Source of the DNA: Bryobacterales bacterium | GTDB lineage: Bacteria; Acidobacteriota; Terriglobia; Bryobacterales; UBA6623 | Assembly: GCA_963422375.2 (NCBI GenBank) | Contig: OY729427.2 | Coordinates: 352,001-416,000 of the forward strand | Direction: 5' to 3' | Length of the DNA: 64,000 bases | Shown: positions 9,904 to 20,829 of the stretch, one piece after another | Position numbering within the stretch: position 1 is the first letter of the stretch | Layout of the letters: each line of letters starts with the position of its first letter | The notes under the pieces: model-generated | Told to the model about the DNA's origin: nothing | The model's database searches: none | The model's input: only the letters and a program-made list of their open reading frames with translations | Position numbers and translations under genes: made by a program

Positions 9904-11270
9904 GGTGCTACACTGCCTTGCAGGAGAGTTGCCTCTCTTGTGCTCAATCCGTACAGCTCGCTGACAATGTCTTGAGCCATTCGTAAGTCATCTTCGTTCG
10001 AATCTCGTTCCAATTCCTTCCGAAAATCCGGACTCACATCGCTCCAATATGGAATTCGAACTCTACGCAAGTACTGCGCTTGAAAGCTGAGATATTCATC
10101 TCGCATCTTTGTGCTATAGAGCGACACAAATAGCCTTACAATGCCCGCCTTGAGTACAACCATCAGAGATTTTGTGTCCCACTGATTTGAGACAACGAAG
10201 TAAATTCCGATATGGTTCAATATCAAGATCGTCGTAAGTTACCGATAAAGTCCTTGTCAGAACCTGTAGCAACACCGATTCCTACGCGGCACTGGGTATC
10301 TTCAAGGCGTGGGTACTCCGCTTCAAGTCTGCGAGCCAATTCAAGGTGATCAAATGAGTCTAGAGCCCAAGGGGCATCGATCGCTGGAGTTTCGATCACC
10401 GAGCAATCTTGCGGGATATATTGCGTGTTGATTGCGGAAGATATCATCCGAAGATGATGTTGATCAATCACAGGTCTTGAACAAATACGAGTAGACCGCC
10501 TCCGGCTGTGTTCGATGATGATAATCGAGGGATAGGCGCTGACTGCAGAGTGGAATGCATCGGTTCCTACCATGTCAATGTAGGCCGTGAGACTGAATGT
10601 CCGACTCACGAACTCTCGAAGTCTCTTGCCATACTTGTTCTTAGTCCATCGGTCCGAGCATATGAACCCCAGTCGGGCCTTAGGTTCTAGCAACACCAAG
10701 GATCGTTCGATGAATGGCACATAGATGTCAGCCCGATCATAGATCGTCTCGAATCTCCATCTGTATTCGCTCATTAGTGCATCAGGAGTGCATCAGGGAT
10801 CGATTCCTGTCACACATAGGGCGGATTGCCAATGATGTGGGAGAAATCTTGGTCTAGATCTTCCAGTAGAAAGTCGCCTTGAATGAGCCATCTTCGTACG
10901 CCGGCTTCCGCACTAGCTGAGTCAATACGCTCCCTCACGAGCAATTTTTAGGACGGCATTCCGAGTCTGTCGAAAGGTATGGCGGTGCAGCTCAACGCCT
11001 CGGATTGCAGGTTTCAATTTGTGCGTTTCAAATCCTTCTGGAGATCTCCTCGCAGACTTCAGCAATCGCTCGACAGCAGGAAGGAGAAAATTTCTAGCCC
11101 CAAAGGACGGTTCTATCAGCCTGTAATCAACCAACACATGATCAACTGTGTAACCGACTAGATCAAGGATGAATTCAACGGCCTCGCGCCGCGTAAAAAC
11201 CGCGCCTCGTTCCTCAGATCGCCCGTCCTGCGCAAGAGTTTCGATTGCGTCGTTGACAGCAGATGGCCTT
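9900..11270 (-). pseudogene. M.PaeR7I-like N6-adenine DNA methyltransferase, fragmented (start approximate)
   Basis: RGAVFTRREAVEFILDL, IEPSFG, IGNPPYV then stop at 10810-10812, 11-bp tandem duplication at 10776-10797, DRADIYVPFIERSL, VGIGVATG, FQAQYLRRVRIP; frameshift near 10925 and apparent internal deletion near 10225. Confidence 0.88.
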
Positions 11271-11926
11271 GGAAATAGTACCTGAAGTGGTCGCGGAACG
11301 AATTCGCAGCCATCATCCGATATCGAAGCTATGCACAGTCCGCCGGACTTCCGCCCAGATCGCTCGCCCGTGCGGGAATCTTCTCCAGAGACCGTGACGC
11401 CGGTCTAGGATCAAGGCCAAGGCAGGGCGAGGGCGAGTCCAAGATCTGCCAAGCAAATAAGAGTTTGCGGAAACCCAAGACTCCCGCCAGTCTGCCGTAC
11501 TTCCGGAGTTCCAAGGGCGAAGCCCGCTGCAACGAGATCCGCTGTCGTATCCGTTTCGCGTCAGGACAGCTGGCTCATACGCGCGACCTGCCACCGCCAA
11601 CGCATTCGAACGGGTACGGCAATTGACAAGCGAGCCGCGACCGAGGTTCCTCGCTGAAGAATCTTCGCGCACGCCTGGTCGGTCCAACTGGCAAGGTCCT
11701 CAGAGGATCTCTCCTGACACCCTAGCACGAAGTCGTCGCCGACGAGGGGGCCGGTTGTCGTCAAGCGATCAGTCCCTTGCGGCAGCTTCGACTGCAGCCG
11801 GCGCGGACTCCTTACGGGAGCGACCTCAGGTGCAGCGGGGAGAGGCCCTCCCGGCTACGGACATCGCTACAGCGGCAGGGGCGCGGGAGGCGATCGGCTA
11901 TACTGGCAGATCTGCATCGGTGATTC

Positions 11927-12901
11927 GTGCCCCCTCCAAGTACGCGCAAGACCATCTCGCTCCTCAAGCCTCGCGGGTTCTGCGCAGGCGTGGTCCGTGC
12001 CATCGACATCGTGGAGCACGCGGTTGCCGCCTACGGGCCTCCGATCTACGTCCGGAAGGAAATCGTCCACAATAGCCACGTGGTCAGAGATCTCGCCTCA
12101 CGGGGCGCGGTCTTCGTGGAGGAGGTCGAAGAAGTCCCCCCCGGCGGGCGCTTGATCTACAGCGCGCACGGAGTCGCGCCCTCGGTGCGCCGGGCGGCCA
12201 CGCAGCGCGGGCTCCGGGTCATCGACGCGACCTGCCCCTTGGTTACCAAGGTTCACCTCGAAGCGGTGCGGTTCGCCAAGGCTCGCAGCACGATCCTGCT
12301 GATCGGGCACGAAGACCATGACGAGGTGATTGGCACGGTCGGGGAGGCCCCGGACCGCACCATCGTGATCGCGTCCCGCGAGGAGGCCGAAACGGTGCAG
12401 GTACCCGATGGCAGCCTAGCATACCTGACCCAGACCACGCTGAGCGTCAGCGAGGCCGCCTCGATCATCGCCGTGCTGCGGCGACGGTTCCCCCACATTC
12501 AAGGCCCTCCAGCTCAAGACATCTGCTACGCAACCGAGAACCGCCAGCGGGCCGTCAGGGAGATCTCGCAGCACGCCGATCTGCTGCTGGTCGTCGGGTC
12601 GGACAACAGCTCGAATTCGCAGCGCATGGTGGAGGTCGGACACCTCGCCGGGCTCCGAGGGCACCTGATCAACGACAAGAATGACATCCGTGACACATGG
12701 CTAGACGGCATACGCCACGTCGCGGTCAGCGCAGGGGCGTCCGCCCCGGAAGACTTGGTCCAGAGCGTGGTGAGCGATCTGCGTAGCCGGGGATTCGACG
12801 AGGTGCAGGAGGTGGAGGCCGTCCACGAGGACGTCCGCTTCCCGCTACCGCCGGAGCTGCGCTCGACGCAGCGCCTCCGTCATGTCTCCTCGCATCGATG
12901 A
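11927..12901 (+). CDS. ispH: 4-hydroxy-3-methylbut-2-enyl diphosphate reductase
   Basis: PRGFCAGV, EIVHN, SAHG, DATCPLV, ICYATENRQ, SSNS. Confidence 0.97.
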   Translation: MPPPSTRKTISLLKPRGFCAGVVRAIDIVEHAVAAYGPPIYVRKEIVHNSHVVRDLASRGAVFVEEVEEVPPGGRLIYSAHGVAPSVRRAATQRGLRVIDATCPLVTKVHLEAVRFAKARSTILLIGHEDHDEVIGTVGEAPDRTIVIASREEAETVQVPDGSLAYLTQTTLSVSEAASIIAVLRRRFPHIQGPPAQDICYATENRQRAVREISQHADLLLVVGSDNSSNSQRMVEVGHLAGLRGHLINDKNDIRDTWLDGIRHVAVSAGASAPEDLVQSVVSDLRSRGFDEVQEVEAVHEDVRFPLPPELRSTQRLRHVSSHR

Positions 12902-14871
12902 GACCCGTCGCAGGAGGAAGGGTCGAATTTGCGGCCAGGGGCGGTGAGGTCGCCGACCCGGTCGCGGAGGCAGGCCGGGCGGTCGGCGCGGCCTGCGCCT
13001 ACCTGCTGAATCGGCAGGAATCGGCAGGCTGCTGGGTCGGGGAAGTCGAAGGCGACACCACTCTCGCCTCGGATTTCATCCTGCTGCAGCTCTGGCTCTA
13101 CCAGCCCGGTGCCGACGGCCGCTGGAATCCGCCGACGCGGCCGCGGGTCGAGGCAGCGTGCCGGCGAATCCTGCAAGCGCAGCTTGGCGACGGCGGCTGG
13201 AACGTTTACCCGGGCGGCCCGTCGAACGTCAGCGCATCGGCGAAGGCCTACTGCAGCCTCAGGCTCGCCGGCATCGACGCCGACGATCCGCGGATGCTCC
13301 GCGCGGCGTCCCGAATCCGGGGACTCGGGGGCGTCGAGGCGGCGAACAGCTACACCAAGATCTACTTGAGCTATTTCGGCCTGTACCCGCGGTCGGACGT
13401 CCCATCCATTCCGCCCGAGATCTTCCTGCTGGCGGAGAGGAGCGGTTTCGGCGTCTATGCCATGTCCTCCTGGAGCCGCACGATGCTCGCGCCGCTCTCC
13501 ATCCTCGACGCCAGCAAGGCCAGGCGTCGCGTGCCGAGCGGTGCCTCCGTCAATGAGATTCTCTCGGGCCGAAAGCCGGCCCGGCCCGAGAGGTCCGCAT
13601 GGAAGCGGCTCTTCCTGCTCCTCGACAAGGCGATCAAGCTAATCGAGTCCAGCGGGCCCGTCCCAACACGTTCCGAGGCCGTCGCGGCTGCGTCTGCATG
13701 GATGCTGGCCCGCCTCGAGCGATCCGAGGGCCTCGGCGCGATCTTCCCCGCCATGGTGAATTCGATCATGGCCCTGACCGAGCTGGGCTACGGGCTCGAC
13801 CACCCCCTTCTCAAGCGCGAGATCGCCCATTTCGAGAACCTCGCGCTGGAAGACGGGCGCGGATTCCGCGTGCAGCCCTGCCACTCGCCGGTTTGGGACA
13901 CGGCCCTGGCCACGTACGCGATCGGCTCTTCGACGAGGGATCCGGACGCGCCCTCGCGCTGGGCCCTGGGCAGGGCGGCGCACTGGCTAGTCTCCAAGCA
14001 GGTGCGCGGGCCGGGAGACTGGTCCGTGCGCCGACCGGACACCGAGCCGGGCGGGTGGTTCTTCCAGCACGCGAACGAGCCGTATCCCGACACGGACGAC
14101 ACGGCGATGGTCCTGCTCGCCCTCGACCGCGCCCGCAGCCCGGATGCGGCAGGCCAGCGCGAGGCCGAACGCAGGGCAGTCGACTGGCTGGTCGCGATGC
14201 AGTCCTCGGACGGCGGCTGGGCCGCCTTCGACGTCGACAGCTGCAACGCCATCCTTACCCACGTGCCATTCGCCGACCACAACGCCATGCTCGACCCGAC
14301 GTGCGCGGACATCACCGGACGCGTGCTGGAGGCCCTGTCCGGCCGGGCGGACCCGACCTGCGCCGAGGCGGTCCGGCGCGGGATCGCGTACCTGCGCGGC
14401 ACGCAGGAGGCGGACGGCTCCTGGTACGGCCGCTGGGGCGTCAACTACATCTACGGCACCTGCTTCGCCCTGCGCGGCCTGCGCGCCGCGGGCGTAGCGG
14501 CGAGCGACCCGGCAGTCCTCCGCGCGGGGGAATGGATCCGGTCCGTCCAGAACGCCGACGGCGGATGGGGCGAGTCCCCGGCGAGCTACGACGACCCGAG
14601 CCTGCGGGGCGTCGGCGAGTCGACCCCGTCCCAGACGGCCTGGGCCCTGATGGGGCTGTTCGCGACGGACGACCTCGAAAGCAGCTCGTCCGAGGAGGGA
14701 GTCCGCTACCTCCTGGACAGGCAAACACCGACGGGATCCTGGCACGAGCAGGCCTGCACGGGAAGCGGCTTTCCGAGGGTGTTCTACTTGCGGTACCACA
14801 TGTATCCCCAGTACTTCCCCCTGATCGCGCTGGGCGAGTACCTGCAGCGCCGAAGGCGAGGGTCGCCGTGA
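12898..14871 (+). CDS. shc: Squalene-hopene cyclase
   Basis: YPDTDDTA (DXDD), QW repeats, SPVWDTA, GRWGVNY, GFPRVFYLRY. Confidence 0.97.
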   Translation: MRPVAGGRVEFAARGGEVADPVAEAGRAVGAACAYLLNRQESAGCWVGEVEGDTTLASDFILLQLWLYQPGADGRWNPPTRPRVEAACRRILQAQLGDGGWNVYPGGPSNVSASAKAYCSLRLAGIDADDPRMLRAASRIRGLGGVEAANSYTKIYLSYFGLYPRSDVPSIPPEIFLLAERSGFGVYAMSSWSRTMLAPLSILDASKARRRVPSGASVNEILSGRKPARPERSAWKRLFLLLDKAIKLIESSGPVPTRSEAVAAASAWMLARLERSEGLGAIFPAMVNSIMALTELGYGLDHPLLKREIAHFENLALEDGRGFRVQPCHSPVWDTALATYAIGSSTRDPDAPSRWALGRAAHWLVSKQVRGPGDWSVRRPDTEPGGWFFQHANEPYPDTDDTAMVLLALDRARSPDAAGQREAERRAVDWLVAMQSSDGGWAAFDVDSCNAILTHVPFADHNAMLDPTCADITGRVLEALSGRADPTCAEAVRRGIAYLRGTQEADGSWYGRWGVNYIYGTCFALRGLRAAGVAASDPAVLRAGEWIRSVQNADGGWGESPASYDDPSLRGVGESTPSQTAWALMGLFATDDLESSSSEEGVRYLLDRQTPTGSWHEQACTGSGFPRVFYLRYHMYPQYFPLIALGEYLQRRRRGSP

Positions 14872-15965
14872 GGCTGCCGCTTTCCACCACCCTGCGCCTG
14901 GGCGCCTACGTGGCCCGCCACCGAGCCTTCCCGCGCCCCGAGTGGCAGCGCGACCCCGCGCCGAGCGCGGATCCCTTCCCGATCCTTGCTTCGGCGCCGA
15001 CCGCTGCGGGCCTGCCGCATCCGATGCTGCGCAAGCGCTTCCCGCTGGTCCTGATGCTTGAACCGCTGCACGCCTGCAACCTCACCTGCACGGGGTGCGG
15101 CCGCATTCGCGAGTACGAGGCGACCATCACGGAGAGGCTGCCCCTCGCGGCCTGCATGGGCGCGATCGAGGAATGCGGCGCACCGGTCGTGTCCGTGTGC
15201 GGCGGGGAGCCGCTGATGTACAAGCCCATCGGGAAGCTGGTAGCGGGTGCCCTGCGCCTGAAGCGTCACGTGTACCTCTGCACGAACGGCATGTTCGTCA
15301 AAGCCCGCCTGCAGGACTTCCGGCCGCACAAGCGCTTCTTCTTCAACATCCACTTGGACGGCCTGCGCGACACGCACGACCGCGCGGTCGAGAGGGCCGG
15401 AGTGTTCGACGCGGCGATCGAGGGCATCCGGGCCGCCAAGGCGGCCGGTCACATGGTCTGCACCAACACCACCGTGTATCGCGAGACCGACATGGCGGAG
15501 GTAGAGGCGCTGTTCGAGTTCCTGCAGTCATACGGCGTCGACGGCCACATGCTCTCGCCCGCGTACGGCTACTCGGCGGTCGGCACGCGGGAAATCTTCC
15601 TCCGCCGGGAGGAGATCCACGAGAAGTTCCGCGACGTGGACCGCCTTTTCCGGCGGTTCCGCATGAACACGACCCCGGCCTACGCGGAGTTCCTGCAGGG
15701 CAGCCGCGACATGCCCTGCACGGCATGGGGCAACCCGACCTACAACACCAAGGGCTGGAAGGGCCCGTGCTACCTGATCACTGACGCCCACTGGGACAGC
15801 TTCGAGGACCTGATGAGCGAGACACCTTGGAATCGCTACGGCCGCGGCAACGACGAGCGCTGCGAGCACTGCATGGTCCATTGCGGCTACGAGCCCTCGG
15901 CCGCGCTCGGCGTGAACAGCAGGCTGGGAGACAGCCTGCGCATGATCCGCTGGGCGCTATCCTGA
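14868..15965 (+). CDS. hpnH: Adenosyl-hopene transferase (radical SAM)
   Basis: GTG overlaps shc stop; FPLVLMLEPLHACNLTCTGCGRI, CTAWGNPT, PCYLI, CEHCMVHCGYE. Confidence 0.93.
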   Translation: MRLPLSTTLRLGAYVARHRAFPRPEWQRDPAPSADPFPILASAPTAAGLPHPMLRKRFPLVLMLEPLHACNLTCTGCGRIREYEATITERLPLAACMGAIEECGAPVVSVCGGEPLMYKPIGKLVAGALRLKRHVYLCTNGMFVKARLQDFRPHKRFFFNIHLDGLRDTHDRAVERAGVFDAAIEGIRAAKAAGHMVCTNTTVYRETDMAEVEALFEFLQSYGVDGHMLSPAYGYSAVGTREIFLRREEIHEKFRDVDRLFRRFRMNTTPAYAEFLQGSRDMPCTAWGNPTYNTKGWKGPCYLITDAHWDSFEDLMSETPWNRYGRGNDERCEHCMVHCGYEPSAALGVNSRLGDSLRMIRWALS

Positions 15966-16010
15966 TGGCTGGGCGGGCGTCGCGCGAGCGTCGCAGGACT
16001 GGACGGAACG

Positions 16011-17045
16011 ATGAAGGCGCTTGTCCTCAGCGAATACCGGCGCTTGGACCTGCAAGACGTCCCGCTCCCGAGAGTCGCCGCCGGCGACGTGCTAGTCCGG
16101 GTGCGCTCCTGCGGAATCTGCGGCAGCGACGTCCACGGCTACGACGGCAGCTCGGGCCGGCGAATCCCCCCGGTGATCATGGGGCACGAGGCCTCGGGAG
16201 AGGTCGCGGCCGTCGGTGACGGCGTCCAAGACTTCGCGCCCGGCGAGCGGGTCACTTTCGACTCGATGATCAGCTGCCGCAACTGCCTGTTCTGCCGGCG
16301 CGGCCGGCCGAACCTCTGCGAGGACCGCAGGGTGCTCGGCGTCTCGTGCGAGGACTACCGCCGCCACGGGGCCTTCGCCGAGTACGTGGCAGTGCCCGAG
16401 CACATCGTGTTCCGGGTGCCGGACGGCGTGTGCTTCGACGAGGCGGCGATGGTGGAGCCCGTGTCGGTGGCCGCTCACGCGGTCACGCGGGCGGCGCCGT
16501 CTCTCGGTGACACCGCTCTCGTCGTGGGCGCGGGGATGATCGGGCTGCTAACGGTCCAGGCGCTGCGGGCCGCGGGCTGCGGCCGCATCCTGTCGGTCGA
16601 CCTGACGGCCGACCGCCTGCGCATCGCGAAGGAGCTCGGCGCGGACGAGACAATTCGATCCGGCGACGGCACGGACGTGGCCGCCATCGTCCGGGAGCGG
16701 ACCGGCGGACTGGGGGCCGACCTGGCCATGGAAGCCGTCGGGGCCGACGCTACGGTGGCGATGTCGATCGACAGCGTGCGCAAGGGCGGCCGGGTTGTCC
16801 TGATCGGCAACATCGCGCCGACGGTGACCTTCGGGCTGCAGAGCGTAGTGACCAGGGAAATCGACGTACTGGGCTCGTGCGCGTCCTCGAACGACTACCC
16901 GGCTTGCCTGGGGCTCATGCAGCGCGGCGCGATCCGGGTGCGCCCGGTCCTGAGCGCGACGGTGCCTCTCGAGCGCGGGCCGGAAATGTTCGACAGGCTG
17001 TACGCCCGCGAGCCGGGCCTGACGAAGGTGATCCTGCAGCCGTGA
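16011..17045 (+). CDS. Zinc-dependent polyol/sugar alcohol dehydrogenase (MDR family)
   Basis: CGICGSD, GHEASG, structural Zn cysteines, GAGMIG. Confidence 0.9.
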   Translation: MKALVLSEYRRLDLQDVPLPRVAAGDVLVRVRSCGICGSDVHGYDGSSGRRIPPVIMGHEASGEVAAVGDGVQDFAPGERVTFDSMISCRNCLFCRRGRPNLCEDRRVLGVSCEDYRRHGAFAEYVAVPEHIVFRVPDGVCFDEAAMVEPVSVAAHAVTRAAPSLGDTALVVGAGMIGLLTVQALRAAGCGRILSVDLTADRLRIAKELGADETIRSGDGTDVAAIVRERTGGLGADLAMEAVGADATVAMSIDSVRKGGRVVLIGNIAPTVTFGLQSVVTREIDVLGSCASSNDYPACLGLMQRGAIRVRPVLSATVPLERGPEMFDRLYAREPGLTKVILQP

Positions 17046-17079
17046 CGCGGCAGCGGATCGGGGCGGCGAGCCGGACGCG

Positions 17080-18003
17080 ATGGCACGGAGGGACGGAGCG
17101 GCGGACGGCTGCGTGCGGCTGGCCTTGGTGCAGATGCGCTGCGGCGCCGACCCGGACGAGAACATGGCCACGGCCTTGCGGCTGGTCGCAGCGGCTGCCG
17201 GTCGCGGCGCCCAGGTGGCTTGCCTGCCCGAGCTCTTCCGCACGCAGTACTTCTGCCAGGAGCAGAACAGCGCTCACTTCGACCTGGCCGAGCCGGTGCC
17301 CGGCCCGACCACGGATCAGCTGCGAGCGGCGGCGGTGCGACACGGCATCGTCATCGTGGGATCGGTATTCGAGCGACGCGACGCCGGTGTGTACCACAAC
17401 ACCGCCGTCGTGATCGACGCGGACGGCCGGCTGCTGGGCCGCTACCGCAAGATGCACGTCCCGGACGACCCGCTGTATTACGAGAAGTTCTATTTCGCTC
17501 CGGGCGATCTCGGCTTCCGGGCCTTCCCGACCCGCTTCGGGAGCGTCGCGGTACTTGTCTGCTGGGACCAGTGGTTTCCCGAAGCCGCCCGGCTCGCCGC
17601 GCTGCGCGGCGCCCGGATCATCGTCTGCCCTACCGCTATCGGGTGGCACCCGCGCGAGAAGCTGGCCTGGGGCCGGCGGCAGCTGGAGGCCTGGCAGGTG
17701 GCCCAGCGCGCCCACGCGATCGCGAACGGGGTGTTCGTCGCCGCCGTGAACCGCGTCGGGGCGGAACGGCCGCTGGACGGCTCCGCGAGCCGACCGGCGA
17801 ATTACGAGGGCCTCGAGTTCTGGGGGCGGTCCTTCGTGGCCGGCCCGCTCGGCGAGGTCGTGGCCGCAGCCGGCGGGGACGAGGACGTCCTGCACGCCGA
17901 GTGCGACCTCGCGAGCGTCGAATCAACGCGCCGGGACTGGCCCTTCCTGCGCGACCGCCGAATCGATGCCTACGGCGGACTCCAGGAGCGGACGCTCCAA
18001 TGA
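17080..18003 (+). CDS. aguB: N-carbamoylputrescine amidase (carbon-nitrogen hydrolase)
   Basis: LPELF, YRKMHVPDDP.YYEKFYF, VCWDQWFPE; coupled to agmatine deiminase. Confidence 0.88.
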   Translation: MARRDGAADGCVRLALVQMRCGADPDENMATALRLVAAAAGRGAQVACLPELFRTQYFCQEQNSAHFDLAEPVPGPTTDQLRAAAVRHGIVIVGSVFERRDAGVYHNTAVVIDADGRLLGRYRKMHVPDDPLYYEKFYFAPGDLGFRAFPTRFGSVAVLVCWDQWFPEAARLAALRGARIIVCPTAIGWHPREKLAWGRRQLEAWQVAQRAHAIANGVFVAAVNRVGAERPLDGSASRPANYEGLEFWGRSFVAGPLGEVVAAAGGDEDVLHAECDLASVESTRRDWPFLRDRRIDAYGGLQERTLQ

Positions 18004-19142
18004 CCGCGGCGACCGGCCCGGACATCCGCATGCCGGCCGAGTGGGAGCCGCACGAGGCCACCTGGCTGGCCTACCCGCACCACAAGGGCGACTGGCCGGG
18101 CAAGCTGGAGGCGGCGCGGTGGGCGTTCGTCGAATTCGTGCGCGTCCTGCAGGACTACGAGCTCGTGCAGGTGCTGGTCCGCAACGACTCGGAAGCGCGT
18201 CAGTTCGTCTCGAAGCTGCGGCGGTCCGGAGGCGACCCGGAGGCCCTCGGCATCCACTTCTGCGCAACGGACCGCTCTTGGCTGCGAGACTCCGGGCCCA
18301 CCTTCGCGTTTCGTGGCGAGAGCCTCATCGCGGTCTGCTGGCACTTCGACGGCTGGGGCCGCTATCCGGACCACCGGCAGGACGCGCTGGTCGGCGCGTT
18401 CGTGGCGCGGGCCGCCGGGGCCCCGGTGCATCGCCTGTCCGCTCAGGAATTCGGAGCCGTCGAGGGCGGAGCGATCGACTGCAACGGCAACGGCACTTTC
18501 ATGGCATCCGAGCAGTGCGCCCTCCGGGCGCACGGGGGGACCGAGGACCGCTGGCGCACGCGCGAAGCGCTCGAGAGGGCTCTGCGCGATACCCTCGGAG
18601 CGGTCAAGGTCCTGTGGCTGGACCGCGGCCTTCAGGGCGACGACACCAGCGGACACGTCGACACTCTCGCCCGATTCACGGGCCCGAGCACGGCGGCCGC
18701 CGTCGTCGAGACCGATCCTCGGGACGTCAACTACCGGGCGCTGCAGGACAACCTGCGCAGGCTGCGACTCATGCGAGTCGAGAGCGGCCGGGAGCTCGAC
18801 ATCGTCGAGCTGCCCATGCCCCGCCCGCTGTACTACGACGGGGACCGCCTGCCGGCCACGTACGCGAACTTCTACGTCGCCAACGGCTGCGTGCTCGTGC
18901 CGACCTACAACGATCCCAGCGACCGGGTCGCGCTACGCCTGCTCGAGGCCTGCTTCCCCGGACGGGAGGTGCGTGGCATTCACTGCGTGGACGTCGCGCT
19001 GGGCCTAGGGACGCTGCACTGCCTGGCCCAGCAGCAGCCGCAGGCGCCAGAACGCGCGCGGAGCCAGCGGCGGGCCCTGGCGGCACAGGCGATAATGGAC
19101 TCGGAGCTGGAGAAAACCATCAGCGACTCCGAGCCGTCATAA
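18000..19142 (+). CDS. aguA: Agmatine deiminase
   Basis: ATG overlaps aguB stop; RMPAEWEPH, WLRDSGP, EGGAID, DDTSGHVD, ATYANF, GTLHC. Confidence 0.9.
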   Translation: MTAATGPDIRMPAEWEPHEATWLAYPHHKGDWPGKLEAARWAFVEFVRVLQDYELVQVLVRNDSEARQFVSKLRRSGGDPEALGIHFCATDRSWLRDSGPTFAFRGESLIAVCWHFDGWGRYPDHRQDALVGAFVARAAGAPVHRLSAQEFGAVEGGAIDCNGNGTFMASEQCALRAHGGTEDRWRTREALERALRDTLGAVKVLWLDRGLQGDDTSGHVDTLARFTGPSTAAAVVETDPRDVNYRALQDNLRRLRLMRVESGRELDIVELPMPRPLYYDGDRLPATYANFYVANGCVLVPTYNDPSDRVALRLLEACFPGREVRGIHCVDVALGLGTLHCLAQQQPQAPERARSQRRALAAQAIMDSELEKTISDSEPS

Positions 19143-19148
19143 GTGAGT

Positions 19149-20693
19149 ATGAAGCGACCTAACGCACTCTCTTCCCGAAAGGCCGTGCTGCCGCTGGCAG
19201 TCGTCTTCAGCACGCTCGTCGCGGGGATCCTGATCGGGACGATCATCTCCGGGCAGGCAGACGCGGCCCGCGAGACCGATGCGCCGGTAACGGACGCCGA
19301 ACCGCTCGTCATTCCGCAAGCGGTGCCGGTAGACAACCAGTTCTCCGAGCTAGCCCGCAAGGTCAGGCCGTCGGTAGTCAGCATCTACATCCCCGCGGAG
19401 GCGGGGACGGAGCGGGCCGAGGGCCCGCTCAGAGATCCGGAAGACATGTTCCGGCGCTTCTTCGGCATCCCGCAGGCACCCGACCCGGAGCGTCGCCGGA
19501 GGGGCCCGGGACAGGGCTCCGGGGTGATCGTGGACCCGAAGGGATACATCATCACCAACAACCACGTGGTCGCCGACTCCGAACGCATCCGGGTGCGGTT
19601 CGTCGACGACGACGAACTCTACGACGCCAAGCTGATCGGCGCGGATCCGGAAACGGACCTGGCGGTGATCCACGTCGAGAGCGGCCCGGACCTCCGGCCG
19701 GCCACGATCGGAAACTCGGATTCCGCCAACGTCGGGGACTGGGCGGTCGCAGTCGGATCGCCGTTCGGCTACAGGGAAACGGTGACCGTCGGGATCATCA
19801 GCGCGAAGGCGCGCGAGGCGATGGCGACCCAGCGGCTGCGCCCCTTCCAGAAGTTCCTGCAAACCGACGCGGCCATCAACCCGGGCAACAGCGGCGGACC
19901 GCTGCTGAACATCCGCGGCGAAGTCATCGGGATCAATACCGCGATCATCTCGCGCACGGGAGGCTACGACGGCATCGGCTTCGCCCTGCCCTCGAACATC
20001 GCCGTCAAGGTCTACAACCAGGTCATCCGCTACGGGCGGGTGTCGCGCGGGTCGATCGGGGTGCAGTTCCACGGGGAGCAGAACCTCTCCCTGAACCGCA
20101 CCTACGGCGCGGAGGGCGGGGTCTTCGTGACGGATGTCATCGAGGGCGGACCGGCGGAAGATGCCGGCATGAAGGACGAGGACATCATCGTCTCGGTGGA
20201 CGGCAACAAGATCGAGAACGGCGACGCCCTGCTTTCGGTGGTGTCGGCGCTCAGCGTCGGCGACACGGTGCCGGTCGAGGTGGTTCGCAACGGCAAGACG
20301 GTCAACCTAGACGTGACGATCGCCGACCGGCAGAAGCTGTATCCGGAGCAGGCCGAAGCGGCGACCGACGAGCCGGACACCGAGGAAGCCAGCGTGCGCT
20401 TCGGCGTCACGGTGCAGGAGATCAGCCCGGAGCGGCGCGAGCAGATGGACCTCAGCGAGGACGGCGTGCTTCTGACTAGGGTCGAGCCGCGGTCGTTCGC
20501 CGAGGACGTGGGACTGGAGCGCGGCGACGTGCTGCTGGCGGTGAACCGAGTGCCGATCACCTCGATCCGGGACTTGCGCGACATCCAGAAGACACTCAAG
20601 CCGGGCATGGACGTGGCGTTCAAGCTAATGCGCTCGGACGGGCGAACCTGGCGAACGGCGTACCTTGCCGGGGTGATCCCCGATCCGAACTAG
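19149..20693 (+). CDS. Do/DegQ (HtrA) family periplasmic serine protease with two PDZ domains
   Basis: GSGVIV, TNNHVV, TDLAVI, QTDAAINPGNSGGPL. Confidence 0.95.
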   Translation: MKRPNALSSRKAVLPLAVVFSTLVAGILIGTIISGQADAARETDAPVTDAEPLVIPQAVPVDNQFSELARKVRPSVVSIYIPAEAGTERAEGPLRDPEDMFRRFFGIPQAPDPERRRRGPGQGSGVIVDPKGYIITNNHVVADSERIRVRFVDDDELYDAKLIGADPETDLAVIHVESGPDLRPATIGNSDSANVGDWAVAVGSPFGYRETVTVGIISAKAREAMATQRLRPFQKFLQTDAAINPGNSGGPLLNIRGEVIGINTAIISRTGGYDGIGFALPSNIAVKVYNQVIRYGRVSRGSIGVQFHGEQNLSLNRTYGAEGGVFVTDVIEGGPAEDAGMKDEDIIVSVDGNKIENGDALLSVVSALSVGDTVPVEVVRNGKTVNLDVTIADRQKLYPEQAEAATDEPDTEEASVRFGVTVQEISPERREQMDLSEDGVLLTRVEPRSFAEDVGLERGDVLLAVNRVPITSIRDLRDIQKTLKPGMDVAFKLMRSDGRTWRTAYLAGVIPDPN

Positions 20694-20829
20694 GCAGCTG
20701 CCTACGAGAGCGGAGCCGCGCGACGCCCCGGCCGAACGGTCGGCTTGCGCACCCCGCGAGCGCCTTGCGGCGATGCCGCCAGGCTCGCGGGCTTAGCACG
20801 CCGCGTAGGATGGTCGGGCGAGGCACATC

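Noticed and set aside
13599..14867. Long N-terminal extensions in the ORF track (788-aa HpnH, 640-aa AguA, 397-aa RsbW, 815-aa kinase)
   Set aside because: High-GC open frames overlapping upstream genes; real starts lie at or next to the upstream stop codons
17080..19142. aguBA plus argFGH as a novel linked arginine/polyamine system
   Set aside because: Ordinary metabolic genes more than 40 kb apart with no evidence of linkage
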